This document shows, piece after piece, positions 47,519 to 58,100 of a stretch of 64,000 bases of DNA. Both the position numbers and the translations under genes were made by a program. Within the stretch, counting starts at the first letter, position 1, and each line of letters begins with the position of its first letter. The stretch spans positions 1 to 64,000 of the forward strand of contig JAZQAZ010000020.1 in the NCBI GenBank assembly GCA_045545475.1. Reading direction: 5' to 3'. The notes under the pieces are model-generated. The model had not been told where the DNA came from, did not search any database, and worked only from the letters and a program-made list of their open reading frames with translations. The DNA comes from Clostridia bacterium (GTDB lineage Bacteria > Bacillota > Clostridia > CAKSNL01 > HGM11501).

Positions 47519-49615
47519 ATGATATTGATTATTGCGGAAAAGCCGAGCCTGGCAAGAAATATAGTTTCGGCAATCGGAAAAATGAACAAAAAGGGTGGAT
47601 ACTTTGAAGGCTCAGGTTATGTTGTTACCTGGGCTTTCGGGCATTTGTTTTCCCTTGCCGACATAGAATACTATTCTCCTTCGGAAAGTGGCAGGTGGTC
47701 GATGGAAAACATTCCCTGCTTTCCTGAAAAATTTCATTTCGAGCTTAAGCATGACAAGGGAGGAAGTGTGGATTCCGGAGTTAAAGGTCAGTTTGAAACT
47801 ATAAAGATGCTTTGCGGAAGAAGCGATGTTGATACCATAGTAAATGCAGGAGACTCTGACCGTGAAGGTGAAATCATCGTAAGAATATGCGTTGATAAGA
47901 CCGGGGTTAGCGGAAAAGCCTTCAAAAGACTGTGGCTTCCCGACCAGACGGAAGAAACAATATCCGAGGGTCTTAAAACAATGAAGGATGAGACTGAATA
48001 TGATTATCTTGCATCAGAAGGTTATGCGAGGACTTATATAGACTGGCTCTACGGTGTAAATCTCACAAGATATGCATCTCTTAAAACCGGCACATTGCTT
48101 CGTGTGGGAAGAGTAATTGTACCCATTGTAAAGGCGATTTATGACCGTGATATGGCAATCAGAAATTTTGTGCCGGAAATTTATTATGCGCCGCTTTCAA
48201 AGTGCGAAACCAAGGGAGAAGAAATTGAACTTTTAAGCAAAAAGAAATTCTCCAAGGATGAACTTGCCGAAGGTGCGGAATATTGTAATAAGCTGAATTC
48301 TGAAAAAGCAATTGTTAAGGAAAAGAAAACAAAAAAGGATATCCTTTCGCCCGGTAAGCTTTATTCTCTTACAAAGCTTCAGAATGTTTTGGGTAAAAAA
48401 TATAAAATGAGTATGGATGAAAGTTTAAGAGTGCTTCAGGGACTTTACGAAAAAGGATATGTAACTTATCCCAGAACAAACTCTGAATATCTTGCCAAGG
48501 CTGAGGCGGGGAAAATTAAAAACATAATTTCAGCATTCTGTAACCTTGGATACGATCTTGTTTTTAAAGATAAGAAAACCATATTTGACGATTCGAAAAT
48601 CGAGTCTCATTCGGCACTTACACCTACACATAAAATTCCAAAGAAGGAACAGCTAACAGATGCGGAGTATAAAGTTTACAGCACTGTTATGCGTCGCTTT
48701 GCGGCAGTTTTCTGCAAGGAAGAATGTAAGGTGGAGAAGACAGAAATTACAATTGCAGTGGGAGATATAGAAACCTTTACGTTAAAGGGTGTAATAATGA
48801 AAGAGCCGGGATGGACAAAATATGACGATTACGGCAAAAAGGATAAAACTTTGCCACCTTTGGAAAAGGGCGACGAGGTGAATACGGAGTTTATCCTGAC
48901 AGAAAAGGAAACTTCTCCTCCTAAGCATTATACCATCGAAACTCTTAATAATTATCTTAAAAATCCTTTCAAGGATGACCTGGCTGAAACAAAGGATGAA
49001 GATGATGCGGAAGAATACCGAGCAATCTTTGAAGGCCTTGAGCTTGGAACAGAGGCTACAAGAACAGGAATAATAGACAATGCAAAAAAGAGCGGATATA
49101 TCGCTCTTAAAAAGGATGTTTATACCATACTTCCCGGCGGTGAATTTCTGATAGAAGCACTCTCTAAAATGAACATTAGCATGGACAAATACAAAACCAG
49201 TGAGCTTGGAAAGGCTCTTAAAAAAGTTTTCAGGGGAGAAATGGAAATTGCCGAAAGTGTGGAAATCGCAAAGGCTGAAATTGCAGAAGTGTTCAAAAAA
49301 GATTCTGCACCTCCTGAAAAAAGCTCCGATACCGGATTTTTCGGAGATGTGGCAGGAAACTGCCCCATGTGCGGAAAGGAAGTTATAAGAAACCGCTTTG
49401 GCTATGGCTGTCGTGGTTATAAAGAAGGATGCTCTTTTAAAGTGGGAGAAACTATTTGCGGAAAAACTATTTCGATGGCTAATGTGAAGAAACTTCTTGC
49501 AACCGGAAGAACCTATAAAATAGAAGGTTTTGTTTCGAAAAAGAGCGGGAAAAGCTTCGATGCGTATCTTAAAATAGATAAAGACAAAAAGGTAGTATTT
49601 GATTTTAACGATTAA
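47519..49615 (+). CDS. topB: Type IA DNA topoisomerase (topoisomerase III-like)
   Basis: IAEKPS, GHL, DSDREGE, active-site YPRT, C-terminal zinc ribbon CPMCG...C and C-terminal repeat. Confidence 0.85.
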   Translation: MILIIAEKPSLARNIVSAIGKMNKKGGYFEGSGYVVTWAFGHLFSLADIEYYSPSESGRWSMENIPCFPEKFHFELKHDKGGSVDSGVKGQFETIKMLCGRSDVDTIVNAGDSDREGEIIVRICVDKTGVSGKAFKRLWLPDQTEETISEGLKTMKDETEYDYLASEGYARTYIDWLYGVNLTRYASLKTGTLLRVGRVIVPIVKAIYDRDMAIRNFVPEIYYAPLSKCETKGEEIELLSKKKFSKDELAEGAEYCNKLNSEKAIVKEKKTKKDILSPGKLYSLTKLQNVLGKKYKMSMDESLRVLQGLYEKGYVTYPRTNSEYLAKAEAGKIKNIISAFCNLGYDLVFKDKKTIFDDSKIESHSALTPTHKIPKKEQLTDAEYKVYSTVMRRFAAVFCKEECKVEKTEITIAVGDIETFTLKGVIMKEPGWTKYDDYGKKDKTLPPLEKGDEVNTEFILTEKETSPPKHYTIETLNNYLKNPFKDDLAETKDEDDAEEYRAIFEGLELGTEATRTGIIDNAKKSGYIALKKDVYTILPGGEFLIEALSKMNISMDKYKTSELGKALKKVFRGEMEIAESVEIAKAEIAEVFKKDSAPPEKSSDTGFFGDVAGNCPMCGKEVIRNRFGYGCRGYKEGCSFKVGETICGKTISMANVKKLLATGRTYKIEGFVSKKSGKSFDAYLKIDKDKKVVFDFND

Positions 49616-49632
49616 TAAATTAAGAAAGAGGG

Positions 49633-50082
49633 ATGACTATGCTGATTAAGACTGTTACAGATGAAAAAATTGAAGGGGTAAAATTATACAACAGCTATTG
49701 CCGTGAAGAAGGCGCGGAAAACTTCTCCGAATTTGAACTTAACCTTGTGGAGATGGAATACGATGCTGCCTTTGCCGAAATGCTTAAAGATGAAATTGAG
49801 AAATATTATATGCACACCGTATTTACTTACGATTACGAAAGCAGTAGCGATGCGGGGGACGGGCGAGAGGATTATTACACAGAAGAAGGCGATGAAAAAA
49901 TAGATATTGATATGTGCATAGTTAAAGACGGCAGGCTTTTTGGAGTTATGTGCGAAAGCTTTGAAATACAGAGATTCTTGCTTCTTGATTGCCCGGAAAC
50001 CATCATTAGCCATCCGGGAAATTACGGGGGCAGGAATTATCACTTTTACAGAAACAAGTGCTTTAAGCTGCTGAAAAAATAA
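49633..50082 (+). CDS. Hypothetical acidic protein
   Basis: 149-aa ORF 17 bp after topB with a GAGGG RBS, followed by a hairpin terminator. Confidence 0.65.
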   Translation: MTMLIKTVTDEKIEGVKLYNSYCREEGAENFSEFELNLVEMEYDAAFAEMLKDEIEKYYMHTVFTYDYESSSDAGDGREDYYTEEGDEKIDIDMCIVKDGRLFGVMCESFEIQRFLLLDCPETIISHPGNYGGRNYHFYRNKCFKLLKK

Positions 50083-50107
50083 TTTTAGAAAAAGTATCAT
50101 AAAAGAT

Positions 50108-50139
50108 TAAAGGTCGCGGCAATTTGCCGCGACCTTTTG
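50108..50139. terminator. Bidirectional terminator
   Basis: AAAGGTCGCGGCAA-T-TTGCCGCGACCTTTT. Confidence 0.85.
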
Positions 50140-50162
50140 ATGTCATAAGGAAGGTATTCTTT

Positions 50163-51485
50163 TTATATATTTTTGAACCTTGTTACATTTTCAAGATAAA
50201 TTGCGTCTCTCGCATCTTCTTTTTCGGTTACAAATTCCACGTTGACGAGTTTTAAGTTGTCAACATCCCTGGCGATGAGTCCGAATGCGGGAGGCCTGCG
50301 TCCGTAGCGTATGCTTTCTGCATAGCCTTGGCGTACCTGAGGAACGGGATTTTGTTTCCAGTCCTCGCATCCTCCGCCGGGGAGGGATAAGAAGATATTT
50401 GAAAGGGAAATGTTCTTTATGATACTGTCGGGCTGACCGATTATAAGGGCGGGAGTTGTTACGGGCATCTGGGTCACATCGTTTTCCGTGTGACAGTCAT
50501 AGTTCCATGTGGGACCTTCCCAGGCTACATAAGGACCTGTTGCTGTAATGTTTGAGAAAGAGATATTTCTGATTTCGCCGACCGTCGTACCTTCCGGGCC
50601 TCTTGCACGATTCATAACAATGAGCATTAAAGGATTACCGACGTTTCTCATTGAAATGTTGGAAACTGAAAAACCTTCAATCAAAGCACCGTCAATACAT
50701 TCAAGGGCAATTCCTGAATAGCGGGTGTCATAAATGGTACATCCTGTAATGGTAGTGTTTATGAAAGCCGTATTGGACTCCGTTCCGAATTTTATGGCGT
50801 TGCAACGGCTTTTTACCACGCAGTTTGAAATGGAAAGGTTTTCCATAGCCTTGAATTTTCCCAGAGTAAAGGAGCTTTTGGGAACGATGCCGTCATCCCC
50901 TGCATCTATTATACAGTCGGAAATAACCACATTTTTACAGCTATCGGGACTTATACCGTCAATGTGAACGAAGAGGTCAAGTCCTGTAACTCTTACGTTT
51001 TCGCAGCCTGCAAAGTAAACTGCAAGGTCTGTTGCATTTATCATGGTAAGGTCACGGATTACCACATTCGTACAGTTTTTGAAAGCCACTATTTTGCAAC
51101 CTCTGTTCCAATGCGGTTGAACTTCCCAAATGGACTGCATATCTATTTTCCCAAGGCCTGTCAAGGCAATGTCTGAAACGGAATCGGCATGAAATAAGCT
51201 GTGATGGAAGAAGCTGTGGCTTCTGTCCTGATATACCGTGTTTGAAGCATCATCTTCAAGTGGTTCAAAATCTTCGGGATTTTTGCTGCCTAAAACAGTT
51301 GCACCTTTTTCGATATGTATTTCAACATTATTCTTAAAGTGTACTGTACTTAAAACAAAGCTTCCGCCGGAAATTAAAACCCTGCCTCCGCCAGCCTCGT
51401 AGCATGCATCAATTGCTGACTGGACCGCTTTTGTGTCTAATGTTTTTCCGTCGCCCTTTGCGCCGAAGTCTTTTACGTTAAACAT
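50163..51485 (-). CDS. GH28 (polygalacturonase-like) glycoside hydrolase
   Basis: FGAKGDG, HIDG, GDD.I..KS, IKFGTES; beta-helix repeats; no signal peptide. Confidence 0.88.
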   Translation of the reverse strand: MFNVKDFGAKGDGKTLDTKAVQSAIDACYEAGGGRVLISGGSFVLSTVHFKNNVEIHIEKGATVLGSKNPEDFEPLEDDASNTVYQDRSHSFFHHSLFHADSVSDIALTGLGKIDMQSIWEVQPHWNRGCKIVAFKNCTNVVIRDLTMINATDLAVYFAGCENVRVTGLDLFVHIDGISPDSCKNVVISDCIIDAGDDGIVPKSSFTLGKFKAMENLSISNCVVKSRCNAIKFGTESNTAFINTTITGCTIYDTRYSGIALECIDGALIEGFSVSNISMRNVGNPLMLIVMNRARGPEGTTVGEIRNISFSNITATGPYVAWEGPTWNYDCHTENDVTQMPVTTPALIIGQPDSIIKNISLSNIFLSLPGGGCEDWKQNPVPQVRQGYAESIRYGRRPPAFGLIARDVDNLKLVNVEFVTEKEDARDAIYLENVTRFKNI

Positions 51486-51489
51486 AAAA

Positions 51490-52026
51490 TCAACCTTTCA
51501 TTATTATTTTTTGACCGCAATAGTTGCAGAAAATACTGTCTTTGTCAATTTCACATTCGCAGGCAGGACATATATATCCAACCTTTACGGGAATAGAAGT
51601 GGGAACTTCTTTTTTAAAAGTTTTTATAAAAATGCCGGAAGCGACAAGAATGATTCCGGAGGCGATAAAGATTATGCTTAATAAGGGAATGGAGTAATTT
51701 GTAAGGAAAGCAGAGACGAAGGGAAGAAATGGAAGATATTTTACCGGGTGAAGTGTCATTGATATGGTGGGATCATCAGGACCTTTGAAGCTTGCACTTC
51801 CGGAATATTCACTTCCCGTAGATGTATAATAATGATAATCAATTTCCGTAAGATAAGTTTCGTTTCCTGAAGGAGTGAATGCGACATTGTCGCATACAGC
51901 CGTGGTCTCCAAGCCGAAAAGAAATGTGGCGGGATTAAGAAGACCGGCAATTAAAAGAAGCAGACCGAAAGTAATTAAGGCGGTTTTCAACATGGTTTTT
52001 AAAAAGCTTCTTTTCATATTAATCAA
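51490..52026 (-). CDS. Hypothetical membrane protein with C-terminal zinc ribbon
   Basis: Two hydrophobic segments; CPAC...FCNYCG. Confidence 0.7.
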   Translation of the reverse strand: MINMKRSFLKTMLKTALITFGLLLLIAGLLNPATFLFGLETTAVCDNVAFTPSGNETYLTEIDYHYYTSTGSEYSGSASFKGPDDPTISMTLHPVKYLPFLPFVSAFLTNYSIPLLSIIFIASGIILVASGIFIKTFKKEVPTSIPVKVGYICPACECEIDKDSIFCNYCGQKIIMKG

Positions 52027-52147
52027 ATCCTTTCTTTGATATATTTAAAGCTTACTTTTATTATAACATTGTATGTCGGATTTTGCAAGGAAAAGCTTTC
52101 TTAGGTCGAAAATAAAAGAAAGGAAAGAAAAAGTTTGTCAAAAGGAC

Positions 52148-52176
52148 TTGACGAAATATGAGCTTTATGGTAGAAT
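52148..52176 (+). promoter_or_regulatory. Sigma-A promoter upstream of the lysine riboswitch
   Basis: TTGACG-17 bp-TAGAAT. Confidence 0.75.
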
Positions 52177-52189
52177 TAAGAAAAAATAA

Positions 52190-52348
52190 GAGATAGAGGC
52201 GCGAAAGCCAAGAGTATTTCCGGTAAAAACTTCGGGCAGAAGAGGGGAAGAAAGGGGCCTTTGCCGAAGCAGGAGAAATAGCCACGTTTTTTCTGCTGGG
52301 TCAATGCAGAATATGTATTGAACTGTCGCATCTGCGGAGTGCTATCGG
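52190..52348 (+). promoter_or_regulatory. Lysine riboswitch (L-box)
   Basis: Conserved blocks appear in order: GATAGAGGCGCG, AGTA, GAAAGG, GCCGAA, CTGGG, GAATA, ACTGTC, GGAGTGCTATC (P1 GATAG/CTATC). A downstream GCGGA..TCCGC hairpin with U-rich tail lies at 52369-52403, and the element precedes an NhaC-family gene. Confidence 0.92.
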
Positions 52349-52424
52349 GGAATTGACTAAAATTTACTGCGGATGAACTATGCTTCTTCCGCTTATTTAT
52401 TTTAAAAATACGGAGGTATGTAAA

Positions 52425-54260
52425 ATGAAAAAGGCAAAAAATCTCAAAATTTTCTTCAGCCTTATGCTCGTATTTACTGTTATGGCATCTATGCTTATGA
52501 CAGTTATGGCAGAACCTGAAGAAACATTAATCGGCGAGGATGCGGAAGTAATTGCAGAAGCCGAAATTCCGGCAGAAGAAGCCGCTCCCGAAGAGGTTGC
52601 GGAAGAAACAATCGAAGAAGAATTCGACGCATGGGGTTATATTGACGGATATTCCGACAACGTTACAGGCGACGAAAACTTCGATGAAAACCTTGATAAG
52701 GCTTTAGCTGTGGCGAAAGAAGAAATTCCTGTTTATGCAACATGGCTTTCTCTTCTTCCTCCCATCATCGCAATTGCACTTGCACTCATCACAAAGGAAG
52801 TTTATTCTTCTCTCTTCATCGGTATTGCATCAGGTGCACTCCTTTATGCAAACTTCAATTTCACAGGAACACTTGACCATCTTTTCCAGGACGGATTCAT
52901 TTCATCCGTGGCAGACTCCTATAACATCGGTATTATAATTTTCCTTATTGTACTCGGTGCTATAGTTTCCCTTATGAATAAGTCAGGCGGAAGTGCTGCA
53001 TTCGGAAGATGGGCATCTACTCACATTAAGTCCAAGGTTGGAGCACAGCTTGCAACAATTGCACTTGGTGTACTTATCTTTGTTGACGACTACTTTAACT
53101 GTCTTACAGTTGGTTCTGTTATGCGTCCCGTATCCGACAAGTTCAAGCTTTCCAGAGCTAAGCTTGCTTATGTAATCGACGCTACGGCAGCTCCTGTATG
53201 TATCATTGCACCCGTATCCTCCTGGGCAGCTGCAGTTGCAGGCTTTGCTCCCGAAGGAGAAGGATTTGCACTCTTTATAAAGGCTATTCCCTGGAACTTC
53301 TATGCAATTCTTACCATCGTTATGATGATAACTATTGCTCTTATGAAGTTTGATTTCGGCCCCATGAAGAAGCATGAAGCGGCTGCTGAAAATGGTGACC
53401 TCTTCTCTTCTGCGGATGCGGAAATGTTTAAGGTGCTTGAAGATGCAGACGAAAACAAGAAGGGCAGCGTATGGGATCTTGTTGCTCCCGTACTTGTACT
53501 TATCGTAGGCTGCATATTCGGACTTATCTATTCCGGTGGCTTCTTTACAGCAGATGCTGAAGGCTTCCGCAATTTCGTGGTTGCGTTCTCAAATGCTGAT
53601 GCTTCTGTTGGTCTTGTATACGGTTCCTTCGGCGGACTTATCTTCAGCGTTATCTACTTCCTCTTAAGAAGAGTATTAAACTTCAAGCAGTGTATGGAAT
53701 CTCTTCCCGAGGGCTTCAAGGCAATGGTTCCCGCTATTATGATTCTTGCTTGTGCATGGACTCTTAAGACAATGACCGATTCTCTCGGTGCAAAGGTATT
53801 CATTGCTGAATTCGTAAGAAACTATGCAGGTGCAGTAGTAATTCTTCTTCCTGCAATCGTATTCTTAATCGCAGTTGGTCTTTCCTTCTCTACAGGGACT
53901 TCCTGGGGAACATTCGGTATCCTTATTCCCATCGTTCTCGCTATCTTCAGCGGAGTTGGTGCTGAATATGCATACCTTGAAATCATCGCTATCTCTGCTT
54001 GTATGGCAGGTGCTGTTTGCGGTGACCACTGCTCGCCCATATCGGATACGACGATTATGGCATCGGCAGGAAGCCAGTCAAACCACATAAACCACGTTAC
54101 AACTCAGCTTCCTTATGCTTTGACAGTTGCAGCAGTATCATTCGTATGCTACATAATCGCAGGTCTTGTAAAGAGTGCATACATCGCACTTCCCATCGGT
54201 ATCGTTCTTATGATAGGAACACTTCTTGTAATAAAGGCTGTTACAAAGAAAAATGCATAA
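52425..54260 (+). CDS. NhaC-family transporter, probable lysine transporter (LysW-like)
   Basis: WLSLLPP..AI.LA..TKEV, FVDDYFN, STGTSWGTFGI, GDHCSPISDTT, HV.TQLPYA; lies under a lysine riboswitch. Confidence 0.9.
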   Translation: MKKAKNLKIFFSLMLVFTVMASMLMTVMAEPEETLIGEDAEVIAEAEIPAEEAAPEEVAEETIEEEFDAWGYIDGYSDNVTGDENFDENLDKALAVAKEEIPVYATWLSLLPPIIAIALALITKEVYSSLFIGIASGALLYANFNFTGTLDHLFQDGFISSVADSYNIGIIIFLIVLGAIVSLMNKSGGSAAFGRWASTHIKSKVGAQLATIALGVLIFVDDYFNCLTVGSVMRPVSDKFKLSRAKLAYVIDATAAPVCIIAPVSSWAAAVAGFAPEGEGFALFIKAIPWNFYAILTIVMMITIALMKFDFGPMKKHEAAAENGDLFSSADAEMFKVLEDADENKKGSVWDLVAPVLVLIVGCIFGLIYSGGFFTADAEGFRNFVVAFSNADASVGLVYGSFGGLIFSVIYFLLRRVLNFKQCMESLPEGFKAMVPAIMILACAWTLKTMTDSLGAKVFIAEFVRNYAGAVVILLPAIVFLIAVGLSFSTGTSWGTFGILIPIVLAIFSGVGAEYAYLEIIAISACMAGAVCGDHCSPISDTTIMASAGSQSNHINHVTTQLPYALTVAAVSFVCYIIAGLVKSAYIALPIGIVLMIGTLLVIKAVTKKNA

Positions 54261-54268
54261 TTAAAGTT

Positions 54269-54304
54269 AAAAGCAACCGCCCATCGGGCGGTTGCTTTTC
54301 TTTT
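54269..54304 (+). terminator. Terminator
   Basis: AAAAGCAACCGCCC-ATC-GGGCGGTTGCTTTT. Confidence 0.88.
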
Positions 54305-54411
54305 AAAAGATTTTGGAATTTAGGTTTTCAGGTTGACAGCTTTTTTTGCTTGTGTTATAATTAAGTGTAGTATGGACAAATTGTAATTTTATATACAAGG
54401 AGGAATGCACG

Positions 54412-55098
54412 ATGAAGAAAATTGCAATTCTTTTTATGGCAGTGCTTATCATTTCTGCTCTTACGGTTGGCGTTTCGTTTGCCGAGAGCGGTACGGTTTC
54501 TGTCACAAATGCAGAAGGCTATGCCGGAAAAGCCGTTGAGGTTGATGTGGTTATAGATGATAATCCGGGAAGCATAGCATCTGTTATGACGGTGAAATAT
54601 GATACCGATGCTCTTACACTTACAAAGGTGAAGGATGCGGAAGAAATGGGGGATAACAACCACAGCGATAATCTGTCGGCTGATGAATATTATCTTTCGT
54701 GGTTTAATCCGCTGGCAGAAGAAGATTACAGCTTTAACGGAACGGTTGTCACATTAAGCTTTGAAATCGCTGATGATGCCGAGCTGGGAGACTATGACAT
54801 AACGGTGGAGGTAAAGGAAGCATACGATACAGACCTCAATCCTGTTACATATATTGAAACGGCTGGAAAGATTACCGTTGTTGAAGCACCGCCTTACATA
54901 CTGGGTGACATAGATATGGACGGAGAGGTTAAGCTTTCGGATGCTGTTCTTTTATTCCGTCACAGCTTAAACCAGAGCTTATATCCTGTGGATTACAGCG
55001 GAGATATGGATTTTACAGGTGACGGAAAGGTGACGATTGACGATGCGGTATTAATCTTCCGACACAGCTTGAATCCGGGATTATATCCTCTTGACTGA
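54412..55098 (+). CDS. Secreted cohesin-dockerin protein (adaptor-like)
   Basis: Signal peptide; cohesin-like sandwich (AGKAVEVDV...YDTDAL...GTVVTLSFEI.DDAE.GDY); duplicated Ca-binding dockerin loops GDIDMDGEV..SD and DFTGDGKVTIDD. Confidence 0.8.
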   Translation: MKKIAILFMAVLIISALTVGVSFAESGTVSVTNAEGYAGKAVEVDVVIDDNPGSIASVMTVKYDTDALTLTKVKDAEEMGDNNHSDNLSADEYYLSWFNPLAEEDYSFNGTVVTLSFEIADDAELGDYDITVEVKEAYDTDLNPVTYIETAGKITVVEAPPYILGDIDMDGEVKLSDAVLLFRHSLNQSLYPVDYSGDMDFTGDGKVTIDDAVLIFRHSLNPGLYPLD

Positions 55099-55118
55099 TA
55101 TAGAAAGGAATGAATGAA

Positions 55119-58100
55119 ATGAAAAAAATATTATCAGCTATACTTTCTGTTTTAATGATAATAAGCCTTGTGCCTGCCACTGCATTCGCAGCTGCGGCAG
55201 ATGCGGTTATCACCATAGTTGCAGGTGAAGCCTATGCGGGAAAAACAGTTGAAGTAAGTATATCAATAGATACCGAAAAAGAGTGGAGCTCACTTGGTTT
55301 CATATTAGATTATGACGAAGACATTCTTGTGTACGACAGAGTGTCCTATGGGGAAGTTGCCGAAAAGAACCTTTTCGGCAAGGAAAATGTATACGACCCG
55401 TCAACCTCTTATGTTGCTGTAGGGTTTGCGTCTGCGCAGGCTACATCCGGCGAAATCATTACTCTTACATTTACGGTAGACGAAGATGCAGAAGAAGGCG
55501 ATGTGTATGTTTCTGCTACAGAGATTAATTTTGAATACGATACCCTTACTGCAGAAGCATCAAGCGATGCTGTATCTGTAAAGCGTTATAACTTCACAGG
55601 CCTCACCTTAAAGGGAGCCACCTACACCTATGACGGTAGCGAAAAGGAAATCCTTGTTACAGGTACTCTTCCCGAGGGAGCAGAGGTAGACTACGAAGAC
55701 AATAAGGGAACAGATGCGGGAACATATAAGGCAAAGGCGATTGTTACTAAGAAGGGCTACAATACCCTTAATCTTTCAGCTGATCTCGTAATAAAGCCCG
55801 CAATGCTTGAAATAAAGGATATGTCCGTTAAGGATAAGACTTATGATAAAACAGCGGATGCCGAGATCGTTGAAGGAACACTTACAGGAATTATCGGGGA
55901 TGACGATGTTGAAGCGGTATATCCCGAAAATGGAACATTTGCTCAGGTGGATGTAAAGAGCACAGCAATAGCTGTCAGTCTTGATGAAATCACCCTTACA
56001 GGTGAGGATGCAGGAAACTACACATTAAAGCAGCCCACAGGCTTAAAGGCTAAGATAACAAAGGCTCCCATCACAGTTACTGCGGACAGCTTTGAGCTTA
56101 CCGTTGGCGATGAAATTCCCGACCTTACATATAAAATTACCGAAGGTGAACTTTTCGGCTCTGACGATTTTGAGGGCGAGCTTTCAACAAGGGCAACAAC
56201 CGAAGAGGAAGGGACCTTTGATATAACAAAGGGAACCTTTAAGACAACTGCAAACTACGACCTTACATTTATCCCCGGTACGATTACAGTTCTTGAAAAG
56301 CCTGTGCAGGAAATTACAGTGGCAGACTTTGAGGATGTGACCTACGGCGATGAAGGCTTTAAGTTAAATGTAGAAGAGGGAAGCAAGGTAACAGCGTCTG
56401 AGATTGTTTTTGCATCAAGCAACGAAAATGTTGCAACAATTGATGCAGAAGGCAATGTCACAATAAAGAACGCAGGCGAAACAGAAATTTCCGTAACCAA
56501 GGCAGGGGATGATACCTATGCCGCATTTAACTGGAAAAAGACTCTTAAAGTAAATAAAGTGGAAATTACAGTTAATGCAGAAAGCGGACAGGGTAAGAGA
56601 ATCGGAAACGATGACCCCGAGCTTTTATACACCTACGAAGGTGAGCTTGTAGGCGATGATGCGTTTACAGGTGTGCTTACAAGAAAGAGCGGAGAGACGA
56701 TTGGTTTCTATGATATTTTAATCGGAACTCTTACACTGGGAGATAACTACAATATCACATTTAACAGTGCAAAGTTTGAAATAGCCGATAAAGTGGCTCA
56801 GGATATAACGGTAGAAACTATCGGAACAAAAACCTATGGCGATGAGCCCTTTGCAATAGAAGTTACAGAAGGACTTGTTGTTTCAGGCGAAGATATCGTG
56901 TACGAATCAAGCAACGAAAATGTTGCTGTTATCGAAGACGGCGTAATTACCATCAAAGGCACAGGCTACACATATATTACCGTAAGCAAGAGAGGCGACG
57001 GTACACATAAGGACTTCTCGGATAAGCAGAAGCTTACGGTGGCGAAGGGAAATATTACAGTTGACGTAGTAGAAGGCCAGTATAAGAGAATCGGAACGGA
57101 AGATCCGGTGTTCGAATATGAGTATGAAGGTAAGCTTGCTGAAGGCGACGAATTTACCGGTGCTCTTACAAGAAGAAGCGGTGAAAAAGTTGGCTTATAT
57201 GATATCTTAATCGGTACACTTAAACTTAACTCCAATTATAAAATAACATTCAACAGTGCAAAGTTTGAAATTATCGATAAGCTCAGACAGGACGTTACCG
57301 TTGATGAGCTTGCGGAAGTGACCTATGGTGACGAGGCGTTTAAGCTTGGCGTGGAAAAGGGCGATGAGGTAACTGATTCTGAGATAATCTTTGCATCAAG
57401 CAACGAAGATGTTGCAACAATTGACGCAGAAGGCAATATCACAATAAAGAATGCAGGTGTCACCGAAATTTCCGTGACCAAGGCAGGAAATGAAGATTAT
57501 GCAGACTTCAGCCTCACACAGACACTTAAGGTTAATAAAGCTGAAATAAAGATTATCGTAACTCCCGGTCAGTCAAAGAAGGTAGGAAGCGATGATCCTG
57601 TAATTGCATACACCTACGAAGGAACGCTTGCGACAGGAGATGAAATTACAGGTGCTCTTGCGAGAAAAGAGGGCGAAGCAATCGGTACATATCCTGTTTA
57701 TATAGGAACGCTTGATATAACAAACGGCATAAATTATGATGTTAAATTTGTTTCTGCCACCTTTGAAATAACCGAAAAGACAGCACAGACAATTACTCTC
57801 ACAGAGATTCCTGCACTTACATACGGGGATGCTCCTTATGCAGTTACTGTGACCAAGGATGAAACTGCAAACCTTGAAGCATACATCTATGAATCCGATA
57901 ACGAAGACGTACTTACTATTGCCGATGGTGTTATCACAATAAAGGCAGCAGGCGAAGCAACAATAAAAGTAACCGAGCCCGGAAACGATGAGTATGCATC
58001 AGGCATAGCTACACAGAAGGTTACTGTCAATAAAAAAGCGATTTTGGTTGATTCGATAGATCTTGCAGCAAAGACAGCTGTGATTGTCGGTATTTTGGAT

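Noticed and set aside
47519-50082. topB as a marker of a conjugative element
   Set aside because: No relaxase, VirB4/VirD4 or integrase is nearby, and the gene is flanked by ordinary metabolic genes.
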